A DNA stretch of 64,000 nt from an uncultured bacterium (GTDB lineage: Bacteria; Krumholzibacteriota; Krumholzibacteriia; LZORAL124-64-63), in NCBI GenBank assembly GCA_963732385.1, contig CAVSZB010000001.1, positions 64,001 through 128,000 of the forward strand. The letters run 5' to 3'. Below the pieces are notes generated by a model. It worked only from the letters and a program-made list of their open reading frames with translations, was not told the DNA's origin and ran no database searches. Position 1 is the stretch's first letter. Every line of letters begins with the position of its first letter. Positions 30,010 through 40,303 of the stretch are shown piece after piece. The translations under genes were made by a program, and so were the position numbers.

Positions 30010-32730
30010 ATGCCCATTGATGACGGATCCGCCGGCGGCCGCGATGAACGGCCCGACCCCGACACCTTGCTCTCGCGGGTCGCTGCAGAGGAAGAACGGG
30101 CGCGGCACGGGCGCCTGCGGGTTTTTCTCGGCTATGCCGCCGGCGTCGGCAAGACCTACGCGATGCTCCAGGCGGCGCAAGCCCGCCGCGCGGAGGGTGC
30201 AGATGTCGTTGTTGCGTACGTCGAAACGCACGCCAGGCCCGAGACGATGGCCCTGCTTGAAGGCCTCGAGGTCATCCCGCGACGGAGCCTGGAGTACCGT
30301 GGCGCCAGGCTGAGCGAGCTCGATTCCGACGCGGTTCTGGCGCGGCGGCCGGCGCTCGCGCTCGTGGATGAGTTTGCCCACACCAACGCGCCCGGCTCGC
30401 GTCACCCCAAACGCCACCTCGATGTCGCGGAGCTGCTGCAGGCCGGCATCGATGTCTACACGACGCTCAACATCCAGCACGTGGAGAGCCTGGCCGACGT
30501 GGTGGCCGGCATTACCGGCGTGGAGATGCGGGAACGGGTGCCCGACGGCGTGCTCGACGCGGTCGCCGAGATTTCGCTCATCGACCTGCCGCCCGACGAG
30601 CTGCGCCGCCGGCTGCGGGACGGGAAGGTCTACGTTCCCGAGCAGGTCGCGCTGGCGACCGAGCGGTTCTTCCGGACCGGCAACCTGATGGCGCTGCGTG
30701 AACTGGCCACGCGCTGGGCCGCGCGGCGCGCCGACGACGACATGCAGGCGTTCATGCAGGCGAACGCCATCAAGGGACCGTGGGCGGCCAGCGAGCGGCT
30801 GCTGGTCTGTGTCAGTGGAAGTCCGCAGAGCGAGCGCCTGATCCGCGCGACGCGGCGCCTGGCCGACGAACTGCGCGCCGAGTGGCACGCCGTCCACGTG
30901 GAGACGACGGCGGTCGACCGGATCAGCCGGCAGAACCGCGAGCGCATCTGGAGCGATCTGGCTCTGGCGGAGCGTCTCGGAGCGCGGACGGCCACCATCG
31001 CCGGGGATTCGGTCAACGAGGCGCTCATCCGGTTCGCGCGCGACCACAACATCACGAAGATACTGGTCGGGCGATCGAGCCGGGGCAGGGGCGGCTGGTT
31101 CCGGAGTCCCGCACCCGCCGAGGCGCTCATCCGGGCTCGGATCCCCATCGATCTGATCCTCGTCGGCGACGATGGCGTCCCGCATCCACCCGAGCCGTCG
31201 CGCGAGTGGCGAAGGCACGCCTCGGCCGGCGACTACCTGAAGAGCGCCGCGTACGTGGCGCTCGCCACGCTGTTCGGCGAGCTGCTGCGCCGCCAGGTCT
31301 CGCCGACCAACCTGGTCATGCCGTACCTGGTCGCCGTAGTGCTGGCCGCGCTCCGTCTCGGGCGGGGCCCGGCCATCGCGGCGGCCGGCCTGAGCGTTTT
31401 CGGTTTCGATCTGTTCTTCGTGCCGCCCCGCCTCTCCATCGCCGTGAACGACACCGAGTACCTGCTGACCTTCCTCGGGCTCTTCCTGGTCGGCGTGGTG
31501 GTCAGCGCGCTCGTGGCGCGGGCGCGTGACCGCACCGAGGCGGCGCGCGACCGGGAGGCGCAGACCGCCACCCTTTTCGGGCTCAGCCGCGACCTGGCGG
31601 TGGCCGGCGACGCCGACGCCATCGCCGACGCCACCGTGCGGCACATCGGCGCCTTCCTGCATGAGGAAGCGGTGGTATTGGTGGTGCGCGGCGCCCTGCT
31701 GGAGCCGCTCGGCGCCACGCCGCCCCCGGCGTTCGGTCACGAGGAACTGGCAGTGGCCGGCTGGGTGGTGAAGAACGGCCTGCCGGCGGGGCGGGGCACC
31801 GATACGGTCGGTTCCCTCGAGCGGACCTTCTTTCCTCTGAAGACATCCTCCGCCGTGGCGGGGATCATAGGCGTGCGTCTGCGCCAGCCGGTGACCGACC
31901 TGCTCGATCCCGGCACACGGCACATGCTGGAGGCGTTCGCGAGCCAGGTGGGGCTCGCCCTGGAACGCGTGGTGTTCGCCGGTCAGGCGCAGCAGACGAA
32001 AGTGCTTGAAGAAGCCGACCGTCTGCACCGGGCCATCCTGAATTCCCTTTCGCACGACCTGCGCACGCCGCTGGCCACCATCACCGGCGCGCTCAGCAGT
32101 CTGTCTGGGGACGGCGTGTCGATACCCGACTCCACACGGCGCGAATTGCTGGCCAATGCCCGCGAGGAGGCGGCCCGGCTGAACCGTTTCGTGGGCAATC
32201 TGCTGGACATGTCACGCCTGGAGGCGGGGGCGTTGACGGTGCAGGCCGACTGGCACGATGTCGACGACCTGATCGGGGCCGCATTGTCAGCGGTTGGCCC
32301 GCGGGCCGGCAGCCGTCCGCTGCACGTGCGGGTTCCACCGGACCTGCCGCTGATCCGCGTGGACTTCGTGCTGCTCGTCCAGGCGCTTGTGAACGTTCTG
32401 GACAACGCGCTCAGGTATGCGCCGCCGGACAGCCCGATCGACGTCAGCGCTGGCGTGGTCGCGGATGCGGCCGGCGACGTGGTCGAGATCATAGTCATGG
32501 ACCGGGGGCCGGGCATTCCGGCTGACGACTTGGAAAAAGTGTTTGAGAAGTTCTATCGCGTGGAGCGTGGTGATCGCGGTAGTGGCACCGGCTTGGGACT
32601 GGCTATATGCCGCGGCATCGTGGAAGCTCACAGGGGAAGCGTGCGGGCGGAGACCGCCGTGCAGGGGGGCGCCCGCATCGTGCTGAGGCTGCCGGCCGGA
32701 GTGGCGCCGGCCCTGGAAACGGAACCATGA
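30010..32730 (+). CDS. kdpD: Sensor histidine kinase KdpD
   Basis: GYAAGVGKTYAML, VDEFAHTN, Usp domain, TM helices, GAF, SHDLRTPL, GTGLGL. Confidence 0.95.
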   Translation: MPIDDGSAGGRDERPDPDTLLSRVAAEEERARHGRLRVFLGYAAGVGKTYAMLQAAQARRAEGADVVVAYVETHARPETMALLEGLEVIPRRSLEYRGARLSELDSDAVLARRPALALVDEFAHTNAPGSRHPKRHLDVAELLQAGIDVYTTLNIQHVESLADVVAGITGVEMRERVPDGVLDAVAEISLIDLPPDELRRRLRDGKVYVPEQVALATERFFRTGNLMALRELATRWAARRADDDMQAFMQANAIKGPWAASERLLVCVSGSPQSERLIRATRRLADELRAEWHAVHVETTAVDRISRQNRERIWSDLALAERLGARTATIAGDSVNEALIRFARDHNITKILVGRSSRGRGGWFRSPAPAEALIRARIPIDLILVGDDGVPHPPEPSREWRRHASAGDYLKSAAYVALATLFGELLRRQVSPTNLVMPYLVAVVLAALRLGRGPAIAAAGLSVFGFDLFFVPPRLSIAVNDTEYLLTFLGLFLVGVVVSALVARARDRTEAARDREAQTATLFGLSRDLAVAGDADAIADATVRHIGAFLHEEAVVLVVRGALLEPLGATPPPAFGHEELAVAGWVVKNGLPAGRGTDTVGSLERTFFPLKTSSAVAGIIGVRLRQPVTDLLDPGTRHMLEAFASQVGLALERVVFAGQAQQTKVLEEADRLHRAILNSLSHDLRTPLATITGALSSLSGDGVSIPDSTRRELLANAREEAARLNRFVGNLLDMSRLEAGALTVQADWHDVDDLIGAALSAVGPRAGSRPLHVRVPPDLPLIRVDFVLLVQALVNVLDNALRYAPPDSPIDVSAGVVADAAGDVVEIIVMDRGPGIPADDLEKVFEKFYRVERGDRGSGTGLGLAICRGIVEAHRGSVRAETAVQGGARIVLRLPAGVAPALETEP

Positions 32731-33413
32731 GTCGGTTGTGCGTTCTGGTCATCGACGACGAGCGACCGATCAGGCGGCTCCTGCAGAGCGCGTTGACGGT
32801 GCATGACTACGACGTGCACGAGGCCGCCGACGGCCTTGCCGGCATCGCCGCGGCCGCGAACCTGCGGCCCGATCTGGCGCTCGTCGATCTCGGGCTGCCC
32901 GATCTGGACGGGGTGGAGGTGATCCGCCGCCTGCGCGAGTGGGCGACGTTCCCCATCATCGTCCTGTCGGTGCGTGAGCGGGAGGCCGACAAGGTGGCGG
33001 CGCTCGACGCGGGTGCCGACGACTTCGTCACCAAGCCGTTCGGCATGAGCGAGCTGCTCGCGCGCATGCGCGCGGCGCTGCGGCGCGTGCTGCAGGAGGC
33101 TCCATCGCCGATGTTCCGGGCCGGTGGGCTCGAGGTGGATCTCTCGCGTCGACACGTTGCCGTCGAGGGGCGCGAAATCCTGCTCACGCCCACGGAGTAT
33201 GAACTGCTGCGGTTTTTCGTGATGCACGCGGGGAGGGTCGTTACGCACCGCCAGGCGCTGAAGCAGGTGTGGGGAGCGGCTTTCGCCGGACAGGCGCACC
33301 TGCTGCGCGTCAACGTGAGCAATCTGCGACGCAAACTCGAGCCGGAGCCGGCGCGTCCACGATATTTGCTGACGGAGCCAGGGGTGGGGTATCGTCTGCT
33401 GGGCGATGATTGA
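32727..33413 (+). CDS. kdpE: Response regulator KdpE
   Basis: VIDDE, DLGLPDLDG, KPF, TEPGVGYR; follows kdpD. Confidence 0.93.
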   Translation: MSRLCVLVIDDERPIRRLLQSALTVHDYDVHEAADGLAGIAAAANLRPDLALVDLGLPDLDGVEVIRRLREWATFPIIVLSVREREADKVAALDAGADDFVTKPFGMSELLARMRAALRRVLQEAPSPMFRAGGLEVDLSRRHVAVEGREILLTPTEYELLRFFVMHAGRVVTHRQALKQVWGAAFAGQAHLLRVNVSNLRRKLEPEPARPRYLLTEPGVGYRLLGDD

Positions 33414-33478
33414 CGGCGCGGAGGGGTGCGTCGAGATGGTGGCCTGAGGGGCTATCCGTATGGAGACAACTGCCGCAA

Positions 33479-33580
33479 CAATGAGTTTGTGGCCTGTTGC
33501 TATCTCATCCCATCCACTGACCCGTTCATATCCGTACTTATTGCAATTCTGAACTCATCAGGAATTCCGCAAACTCATTG
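33479..33580. repeat. 14-bp inverted repeat around a lower-GC spacer
   Basis: CAATGAGTTTGTGG (33479-33492) and CCGCAAACTCATTG (33567-33580), 13/14 complementary. Confidence 0.55.
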
Positions 33581-33637
33581 CCGCGATAAGCAGCCTCTGT
33601 CCGGAAGCGCTTCGCAACCCCCAGCCCCCCGCGGGGG

Positions 33638-35542
33638 TCAGGCGATGGTCCCGGGCGACTCCGCGGCTGCCGTCGCCGATCCCGCACGCAGCGTGAACCA
33701 GAAGGTGGCGCCACGCTCCGGTGCGCTCTCGGCCCAGACGCGGCCGCCGTGGCGTTCCACGACCCGGCGCACGATGGCCAGGCCGACGCCGGAGCCTTCG
33801 AATTCAGCGTGTGGATGCAGGCGCTGGAAGACACCGAAAAGCCGATCGGCCAGGGCGGGGTCGAAGCCGATGCCGTTGTCGCGCACGCCATAGGCGGGCG
33901 TCCCGCTGTCCGGATCGGGCGCGGAAACGACCTCGATAACGGCCTCGTCGCGGGGGCGGCTGAATTTGAGCGCGTTTGCCAGCAGGTTCGCCAGCACGAG
34001 GCGCACCATGGCGGAGTCGCCGTGCGCGGGCGGCAGTTCGACGACCTCCAGGCGTGTCCGACGGTCCGGCTCGTGGCGGCTCACGCGCGCGAACTCTTCC
34101 CGCGCGAGCGCGGCGAGGTCAAGATCGACCGGCGCCATCGCCTCGTGGCTGAGCCGGTAGAAGACGAGCAGGTCGTCGAGCAGGTGGCGCAGGGCGCGGG
34201 CGTTGCCGCGCACGATCTCCAGCAGACGATGGCCGTCCTGCCCCAGACGGTTGCCGCATTCCTCGTCGAGCGCGGTGGCGAAACCGTCGATGGCGCGCAG
34301 CGGACCCCGCAGGTCATGGGAGACCGTGTAGGTGAACGCCTGCAGGTCGGCCGTACTCTCGACGGCGCGGCGCTCCATCTCCCGGGCTTCGCGCACGACC
34401 TGGGCGTGGAGTCGGGAGTGGTAAATCGCCAGGGCGAGCGGCGAGGCGACCTCGCGCGCGACCTCGACCGCCTCCGCGCCGAAGGCCCGCGGCGTGCGCG
34501 CGGCCAGGTTGAGGGCGCCCAGCAGTTCGCCCCGGGCGACGAGCGGAACGATGACGACGGTGCGCATCCCCTCTTCCCGCAACTTTCCGAGCACGGGGCC
34601 GGAGTCGGACAGTTCGTCGAGATCGGGGAACTCGCCCACCCTGCCGGCGCGCAGGCGGTCGAGGTCGCTGCGCAGGTCCGCCAGCGGAAAGCGGCGGTTC
34701 GCGGTGATTTCCGTGTTTCCGTCCTGCCAGGCGGCGAGCAGCAATGCGTCGCGGGCCGCGAGATCGTACAGCGTCACACTGGCCCGCTGGCACGGCGTGA
34801 GTAGCGCCATGCGCTCGACCGCGGCCTGCGCGATCGCCGCCGGCGAGCGCGCGGCGAGGATGCCGGTGTCGATATCCCTCAGCACCTTCAGCCGCTGGGC
34901 GTAGCCGCGCAGCGATTGCTCCGCGCGCCGCTGCTTCGTGACGTCGGCAATGAAGCCCTCGAGCGCGAGCAGCGCGCCGTCCGGAGCGAACACGCCGCGC
35001 CCCCGTTCCCAGACGTGGCGCTCGTCGCCGCCGGAGCGGACCAGGCGGTAGGTCAGTTCGAACGGCTGCTGCGCGGCCACCGCGGTCTGCACAATCCGCC
35101 AGACCGACTCGCGGTCATCGGGATGGATGAGGTCGTTAAAGGCCACCCGCGTGTTTCCAACCAGGTCGGCGGGGGGGTGCCCGGTCAGCTCGGCGCAGCC
35201 GTCGCTCACGAACTCCATCGTCCAGTCGCGGTCGTTGCGACAGCGGTAGGCCATGCCTGGCAGGTTGCTCAGCAGGGTGACCAGCACCCGCTCGCTCTCG
35301 CGCCTGGCCGAATCGGCGCGCTGGTGGCGGGCCGAGACCCAGGCGAGGGCGAAACCGAATGCCAGGATGGAGAGGAACGCCGCCGCCCGGATCGAGAGGT
35401 CGTGGGGCTGCACGTGGAGGAGCAGGGCATCGAGGAAGGAGCGCTGGTGGAGCACAAAGGCCTCCAGCGCCGCGTCGGCCGTCCAGAAGAGGGCGCCGGA
35501 CACGAATGCGAGGCCTGTGGCTCTGCGATCCATGGCGGGCAT
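33638..35542 (-). CDS. Membrane PAS/GAF sensor histidine kinase
   Basis: Two TMs; PAS (NLPGMAYRC...IHPDD); GAF; SHDLRGPL; NALKF; DNGIG; GSGVGL. Confidence 0.88.
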   Translation of the reverse strand: MPAMDRRATGLAFVSGALFWTADAALEAFVLHQRSFLDALLLHVQPHDLSIRAAAFLSILAFGFALAWVSARHQRADSARRESERVLVTLLSNLPGMAYRCRNDRDWTMEFVSDGCAELTGHPPADLVGNTRVAFNDLIHPDDRESVWRIVQTAVAAQQPFELTYRLVRSGGDERHVWERGRGVFAPDGALLALEGFIADVTKQRRAEQSLRGYAQRLKVLRDIDTGILAARSPAAIAQAAVERMALLTPCQRASVTLYDLAARDALLLAAWQDGNTEITANRRFPLADLRSDLDRLRAGRVGEFPDLDELSDSGPVLGKLREEGMRTVVIVPLVARGELLGALNLAARTPRAFGAEAVEVAREVASPLALAIYHSRLHAQVVREAREMERRAVESTADLQAFTYTVSHDLRGPLRAIDGFATALDEECGNRLGQDGHRLLEIVRGNARALRHLLDDLLVFYRLSHEAMAPVDLDLAALAREEFARVSRHEPDRRTRLEVVELPPAHGDSAMVRLVLANLLANALKFSRPRDEAVIEVVSAPDPDSGTPAYGVRDNGIGFDPALADRLFGVFQRLHPHAEFEGSGVGLAIVRRVVERHGGRVWAESAPERGATFWFTLRAGSATAAAESPGTIA

Positions 35543-35742
35543 TGACGCCACCGCGGAGAATAATCCGTCGCACGCCGGGCGGGGCGACATCACGGCTCGC
35601 GGCAAAATGGGAAATCCGGAACCCCCGCCATCCTGCCGCCGATTGCCAGCGTCAGGCCGATCACCAAGGCTTAGTGTAGAGCGGACGCAAAGCGCCGTCA
35701 ATGGCGGGGCGGGGATTCCCGCGCAACGGCGCCGTCAGGGCC

Positions 35743-37359
35743 TCAGAAGGCGGCGTTCCACTCCAGGAACGGTCGCGGCAGGTCGGCGAGCGCGTTGGCC
35801 ACCAGCTCCACGAGGCCGCCGTAATGGATGCCCGAGCGCTCGGTGGCATGATAGAACGCGAGCAGGTCGCGCAGCTGCCCCTTGCAGTTGGAGCAGGGGG
35901 CGCACAGGTATTTGCGCACGGACGGATCCGGCCGGTCGGCGAACGCGTCGAGCACCTGCTTCAGCTTCATGCGCCCCGCCACGCTCAGTCGCCAGTCGGC
36001 GAAATTGTGCGGTGACATGATCGCGAAGCCGCTGCCGCCGCCGCAGCAGTAGTTGTGCACCCCGTGCGGTGTCATTTCGCGGAAATCGGGGCAGACCGCC
36101 CGCACGACCCGCCGCTGCGGCTCGACGATGCCCATCAGCCGCACGATGTTACAGGGGTCGTGCAGCGTGACCGGGAAGTTGTTGCGCGACGGGTCGAGGT
36201 TCAGCCGCCCGCGGTCGCAGACGAGATCGGCCAGCAGCGTCAGGATGCTCTCGCGCGGGACGTCGTACTCGACGCCGAAGATCCGGTCCGCCACGACGGT
36301 GAGCGCCTTGTGCGCGTGCCCGCACTCCGCGATGACTATCTTCTTCACGCCGAGCTTCTTCGCGACCTGCGCATGCCGCAGCGCTACGCGCGCGAACTGC
36401 GCGTCGTCGTACCAGAGGCCGTAGTTCACGGCGTCGTAGCCGACCAGTTCGCTCGACAGGGTCCAGCTCACGCCGGCGGCGTTGAGCACGACGGCGGTGG
36501 CGCCGGGGTTCTCCGGCCAGGCCACGAACTCGCCCGCGTTGTGCACGACCAGGATGTCGGCGCCCGCCTTGTCGATCGGCGTGGCGACCGGCCAGCCGGT
36601 CTTCTCCGTCATCTCGTCGTCGATGAACTCCACCGCGTCGCGCAGGGCGGCCGGCCCCATGCCGGTCGTGGAGCCGACCCTAAGCTGGAGCGCCGAGCCG
36701 TCGCGGTGCAGCTCGGCGGGCGCGAGGCCGAACTCCTGGCTGAACAGTTTGCGGATCTCGTGCGTGATCAGCCCGTTGTCCACCCCGACCGGGCAGGCCT
36801 GCGCGCAGCGCCGACAGAGCGTACAGCGGTACGCCAGTTCCGCCAGCCGGCCGATCGACTGCCAGTTGACCGGCACGTCGTGCCCCGCCAGGCGGCGCAG
36901 CACCGCCGGGCCGCGCCGCCGCGAGGCGGCCACGAAGGCGCGCAGCGCCTCGCCGCGGAAACCTGGCCGATAGATCTCCTCGCCACCGCTCGCAGTGTAG
37001 ATGGGACAGGCGTCAGAGCAGGTGAGACAGCGGGCGCAGTGCTCGAGCGACAGCTGCAGCGGCTGCAGGAACGCCCAGTTGTCGTCGGCGGAGAGGAGCT
37101 TGCGCAGGCCGGTGAGGAACCGCTCCACGAGCGCCTCTTCCTCGGCCGGGCTCGCCGGCTTCGGGAAGCCGAGCGCCAGCACGCCGTCGATCTGCGCGAA
37201 GCGCTCGCTCGCGTCGGCCGACAGCGGCGGCCAGCCCGGCACGCCGTTGAAGTCCTCGTACGGTGGTGGCAGGCGCATCAGCTGCTGCAGGTCGCGCGTG
37301 GTGAGCAGGTCCGTATCGCGCCGGCCGAGATCGCGCGGGGTGACGGGACGCCGCGTCAC
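35743..37359 (-). CDS. (Fe-S)-binding CCG-domain protein, DsrK/HdrD-like
   Basis: CARCLTCSDACP, CTLCRRCAQACP, ECGH, HDPC, NYCCGGGSG, CSNCKGQ; GTG start overlaps the upstream TGA. Confidence 0.85.
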   Translation of the reverse strand: MTRRPVTPRDLGRRDTDLLTTRDLQQLMRLPPPYEDFNGVPGWPPLSADASERFAQIDGVLALGFPKPASPAEEEALVERFLTGLRKLLSADDNWAFLQPLQLSLEHCARCLTCSDACPIYTASGGEEIYRPGFRGEALRAFVAASRRRGPAVLRRLAGHDVPVNWQSIGRLAELAYRCTLCRRCAQACPVGVDNGLITHEIRKLFSQEFGLAPAELHRDGSALQLRVGSTTGMGPAALRDAVEFIDDEMTEKTGWPVATPIDKAGADILVVHNAGEFVAWPENPGATAVVLNAAGVSWTLSSELVGYDAVNYGLWYDDAQFARVALRHAQVAKKLGVKKIVIAECGHAHKALTVVADRIFGVEYDVPRESILTLLADLVCDRGRLNLDPSRNNFPVTLHDPCNIVRLMGIVEPQRRVVRAVCPDFREMTPHGVHNYCCGGGSGFAIMSPHNFADWRLSVAGRMKLKQVLDAFADRPDPSVRKYLCAPCSNCKGQLRDLLAFYHATERSGIHYGGLVELVANALADLPRPFLEWNAAF

Positions 37360-38312
37360 GACGGCGTCTCCCGGTTGCGCGGCGTCTGGCCGTCGTCGTC
37401 GCCCACCACGTCGCCCCAGGTGCGGCCGCCGCCGCCGCCCACGTGCGGCGCCCGCCAGTTGACCGGACGCCGTAGTGCCGCGTCGAGACGCGGGTCGGTA
37501 GGCTCGCCTGGCCGGCGTGGCCGGTCGTCCCAGCGCACCGAGTGCCAGGTGAAGAACTTCATATAGGCGTGCGACATGAACGTGAATGGCAGGTAGCCGA
37601 CGAACAGGCCGAACAGGCAGAGCTCCAGGTTGACCAGCGTCGGCGCGGGCGCCCCGGCGCGCAGCGTGAGGATCTCCCCGACGCGCGCCCGCAGCAGCGC
37701 CGCGGTGGGATCGGCGTACCGGCGCGCCGCCAGCCCGACTCCCAGCACGCCGATCAGGAACACCAGGTTCAGTAGCGCCGCCGGCGACGTGTACGCCCGC
37801 AGCGCGCGGTCGCCCAGGCGCCGCGCCAGCAGCCCCACCGTGCCGATCAGCGCCAGCAGCGGTCCCTCCCACTCGAGGCTGCGGGTCGTCCAGTGCAGCG
37901 CGACGCCGAAGCTGCCGCTCTGCGCCAGCCGGAATCCGCCGAGAGTTTCCGCGATGCCGCCCGCCGCCAGCAGCAGCGAACCGGCCGCCATCAGGTAGAA
38001 TCCGAGGTGGAACGGCAGCGACCAGAACCAGAGTTGCGGGTTGTGCTCGCGCACGCCCCGCAGCAGCAGGATCTCCCCGGCCATCGCACGCAGCATCGCC
38101 CGGCGATCGTGCGGCAGCGGCCGCGTCCACCAGTCGAGCTGCTCGAGGTACGAGCCGCCGTGCGCCGCCCGCGCCCCCTCGTGCGGGATCGGGTACAGCT
38201 CCCACCGCAAGTGCATCGGCATGCGGGCGTAGCGGACGATTTTGGCCGCCGCCCCCCCCAGCAGCAGGAGCAGGCCGAGCCACAGCAGAACGGGCGCGAT
38301 CGCTTGCAGCAT
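37356..38312 (-). CDS. NarI/DsrM-like membrane cytochrome b
   Basis: About five TMs; RWELYPIPHE...GGSYLE..DWW; FHLG; YLPFTFMSH. Confidence 0.8.
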   Translation of the reverse strand: MLQAIAPVLLWLGLLLLLGGAAAKIVRYARMPMHLRWELYPIPHEGARAAHGGSYLEQLDWWTRPLPHDRRAMLRAMAGEILLLRGVREHNPQLWFWSLPFHLGFYLMAAGSLLLAAGGIAETLGGFRLAQSGSFGVALHWTTRSLEWEGPLLALIGTVGLLARRLGDRALRAYTSPAALLNLVFLIGVLGVGLAARRYADPTAALLRARVGEILTLRAGAPAPTLVNLELCLFGLFVGYLPFTFMSHAYMKFFTWHSVRWDDRPRRPGEPTDPRLDAALRRPVNWRAPHVGGGGGRTWGDVVGDDDGQTPRNRETPS

Positions 38313-38315
38313 CCG

Positions 38316-39557
38316 TCAGCGCTCCTCGCGCTCCCGCAGCCCCGTCGTCAGGGCGCAGCCGGCCAGCAGCAGGCAGCCGGCGCAGATGAACGACGACCGG
38401 TAGGAATGGCTCGCGGCGTAGAGCGTTTGCGACAGCCGGCTCATCACGAAGCCGCCCACGCCCCAGGCCGTGAAGATGATGCCATAGTTCATGCCGAAAT
38501 GCTTCAGGCCGAAGCGGTCCTTGGTGAACGAGGGGAAGAGCGACAGGTTGCCGCCGTAGTTGAAGCCGATGGCGGCCGCCAGCAGCAGCAGGACCGCCAC
38601 GCCAGCCGTTCGTCCCGCCGTCAGCCAGGCGCCCAGGAACATCAGCCCGGCCTGCGTCGCCAGCAGCAGCATGAGGGTCCGTGGACGGCCGAGCCGGTCC
38701 GACGCCACCCCGGCGGCGATGCGGCCGCCGGCGTTGCCGATCGCCATCACCGCCACCGCCACGAACGCCGCGCTGCCCAGCGCCTTCTTGGCCATCTCGC
38801 CGATCGACCCGATCACCATCAGGCCGGCCCCGGCTCCGGCGAAGAAGGCGCCCCACAGCAGCCACGCCGTGCGGGTGCGCACCATGCGCGACGGCGACAT
38901 GTCGGCCGCGGCCGTCGGCGAGGGCCCCGCGCCGCCGGGCGGCGCCCCGCGCGCCGCCACGCTGTCAGCGGAGGGATTGACCAGCCGCAGCGACAGCAGC
39001 GAAACGGCCACCATGAAACCGGCCCCCAGTACCAGCATCGCCTGCTGCAGCCCGGAGCGGTCGATCAGGTAGCGCGACAGCGGCGCGATGTAGACCGACG
39101 CCAGCCCGAACCCCGACACCACCAGCCCCGCCACCAGGCCGGTGCGCGCCGGCGGGAACCACTTCAGCGCCGGGGGGGTGGCCGCCGAGTACCCGAAGCC
39201 GAACCCCAGGCCGGCCAGCACGCCGAAGCCGATCACCCAGGCCCAGTAGCCCGACGACTGCGACACGATCAGGAAGCCGAGTCCGACCAGCAGGCCGCCG
39301 GCGAACGCGGTCACCCGCGGCCCGAAACGGTCCTGGATCCGCCCGGCCAGGATCATCGAGAAGGCGAACACAAGGCACGCCACCGAGTACGGATCGTTGA
39401 GCTGCTCGATCCGCCAGCGGAACGCACCGCCCCCCTCGATCGACTCCTTGATGGCGACTTTGAAAATGCTCCAGGAGTAGAGCACTCCGAGCGCGAGATT
39501 GATGCCGATGGCCGCCGCCGCCACGACGTAGCCCTGGTGCCGCGAACTCTTGGTCAT
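38316..39557 (-). CDS. OFA-family MFS transporter (oxalate/formate antiporter-like)
   Basis: LGVLYSWSIF; GRIQDRFGPR; KWFP..TGL..G; FG.K.FG.NYG. Confidence 0.85.
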   Translation of the reverse strand: MTKSSRHQGYVVAAAAIGINLALGVLYSWSIFKVAIKESIEGGGAFRWRIEQLNDPYSVACLVFAFSMILAGRIQDRFGPRVTAFAGGLLVGLGFLIVSQSSGYWAWVIGFGVLAGLGFGFGYSAATPPALKWFPPARTGLVAGLVVSGFGLASVYIAPLSRYLIDRSGLQQAMLVLGAGFMVAVSLLSLRLVNPSADSVAARGAPPGGAGPSPTAAADMSPSRMVRTRTAWLLWGAFFAGAGAGLMVIGSIGEMAKKALGSAAFVAVAVMAIGNAGGRIAAGVASDRLGRPRTLMLLLATQAGLMFLGAWLTAGRTAGVAVLLLLAAAIGFNYGGNLSLFPSFTKDRFGLKHFGMNYGIIFTAWGVGGFVMSRLSQTLYAASHSYRSSFICAGCLLLAGCALTTGLREREER

Positions 39558-39782
39558 GCCGAAAATGTCCCCCCGGACCGGGAATGCCCATCCGCGCGAA
39601 CGGCAACGATCGCACCCGGAGGCGCCGTCGCGCAAACGCCGTGCGGTTGGGATGGCGAGGGGCACTATCGGCGATCCGCGGCGAGGCAGAATAGTGATTG
39701 CATCCGGTTTCCTGCCTGTGGTCGAATGATCTGTCCGCGCCGGAACGGGGTTTCAGCGAGCCGGATTGCGAGGCGGTGCGAC

Positions 39783-40298
39783 ATGGCGAGGGCAGAAGTG
39801 TCCGGGGTGGTCCGCCGCGGCGGGTTCACCCTGATCGAGCTGGTCGTAGTGATCTGCATCCTCGGCATCCTGGCCGCCGTCGGCCTGCCGAAGTATGTCG
39901 CCATGACCAAGGCCGCGGAAAAAGCGAGCGTCGAGAGCGTCATCGCCGCCGCCGGGACGGCTGTCAACATCTCTTCCATGAAGCAGGTGGTCGACGGCCT
40001 GCCGATCACCGCCCACAACCCGTTCGACGACATGTCGGTTCGCCCCGACAATTATGTCGGGGTCTTTCCCGACGTGACTCTGACCAACTGCCCCCCGGGG
40101 CACTGGGCCTATCAGAGCGGGAACGCGGATAACGCCTTCTGGCCGGTCGTCGCCTACCGCGCGCAAGCGACCCTGGCGACCGCGTTCGGCTGGGGCAGCG
40201 TGCAATGGATCATCTTCACGATCCAGCCGATCACCAACAGCGCCGGCACGGTCGTGGGGCTGTCCATGGTCGAGTACCCGCCGCTCCATCTCTGGTAG
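39783..40298 (+). CDS. Type IV pilin/pseudopilin-like protein
   Basis: Class III signal RRGG/FTLIELVVVICILGILAAVGLP. Confidence 0.85.
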   Translation: MARAEVSGVVRRGGFTLIELVVVICILGILAAVGLPKYVAMTKAAEKASVESVIAAAGTAVNISSMKQVVDGLPITAHNPFDDMSVRPDNYVGVFPDVTLTNCPPGHWAYQSGNADNAFWPVVAYRAQATLATAFGWGSVQWIIFTIQPITNSAGTVVGLSMVEYPPLHLW

Positions 40299-40303
40299 CG
40301 GAG

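Noticed and set aside
35743..38312. Calling the organism a sulfate reducer from the DsrMK-like genes
   Set aside because: No dsrAB, dsrC, apr or sat here; DsrMK-like pairs occur in non-sulfate reducers.
37360..38865. N-terminal half of the 1040-aa ORF 35743..38865
   Set aside because: Low-complexity Arg/Ala/Gly shadow frame overlapping the DsrM-like and MFS genes; the recognisable protein starts at GTG 37359.
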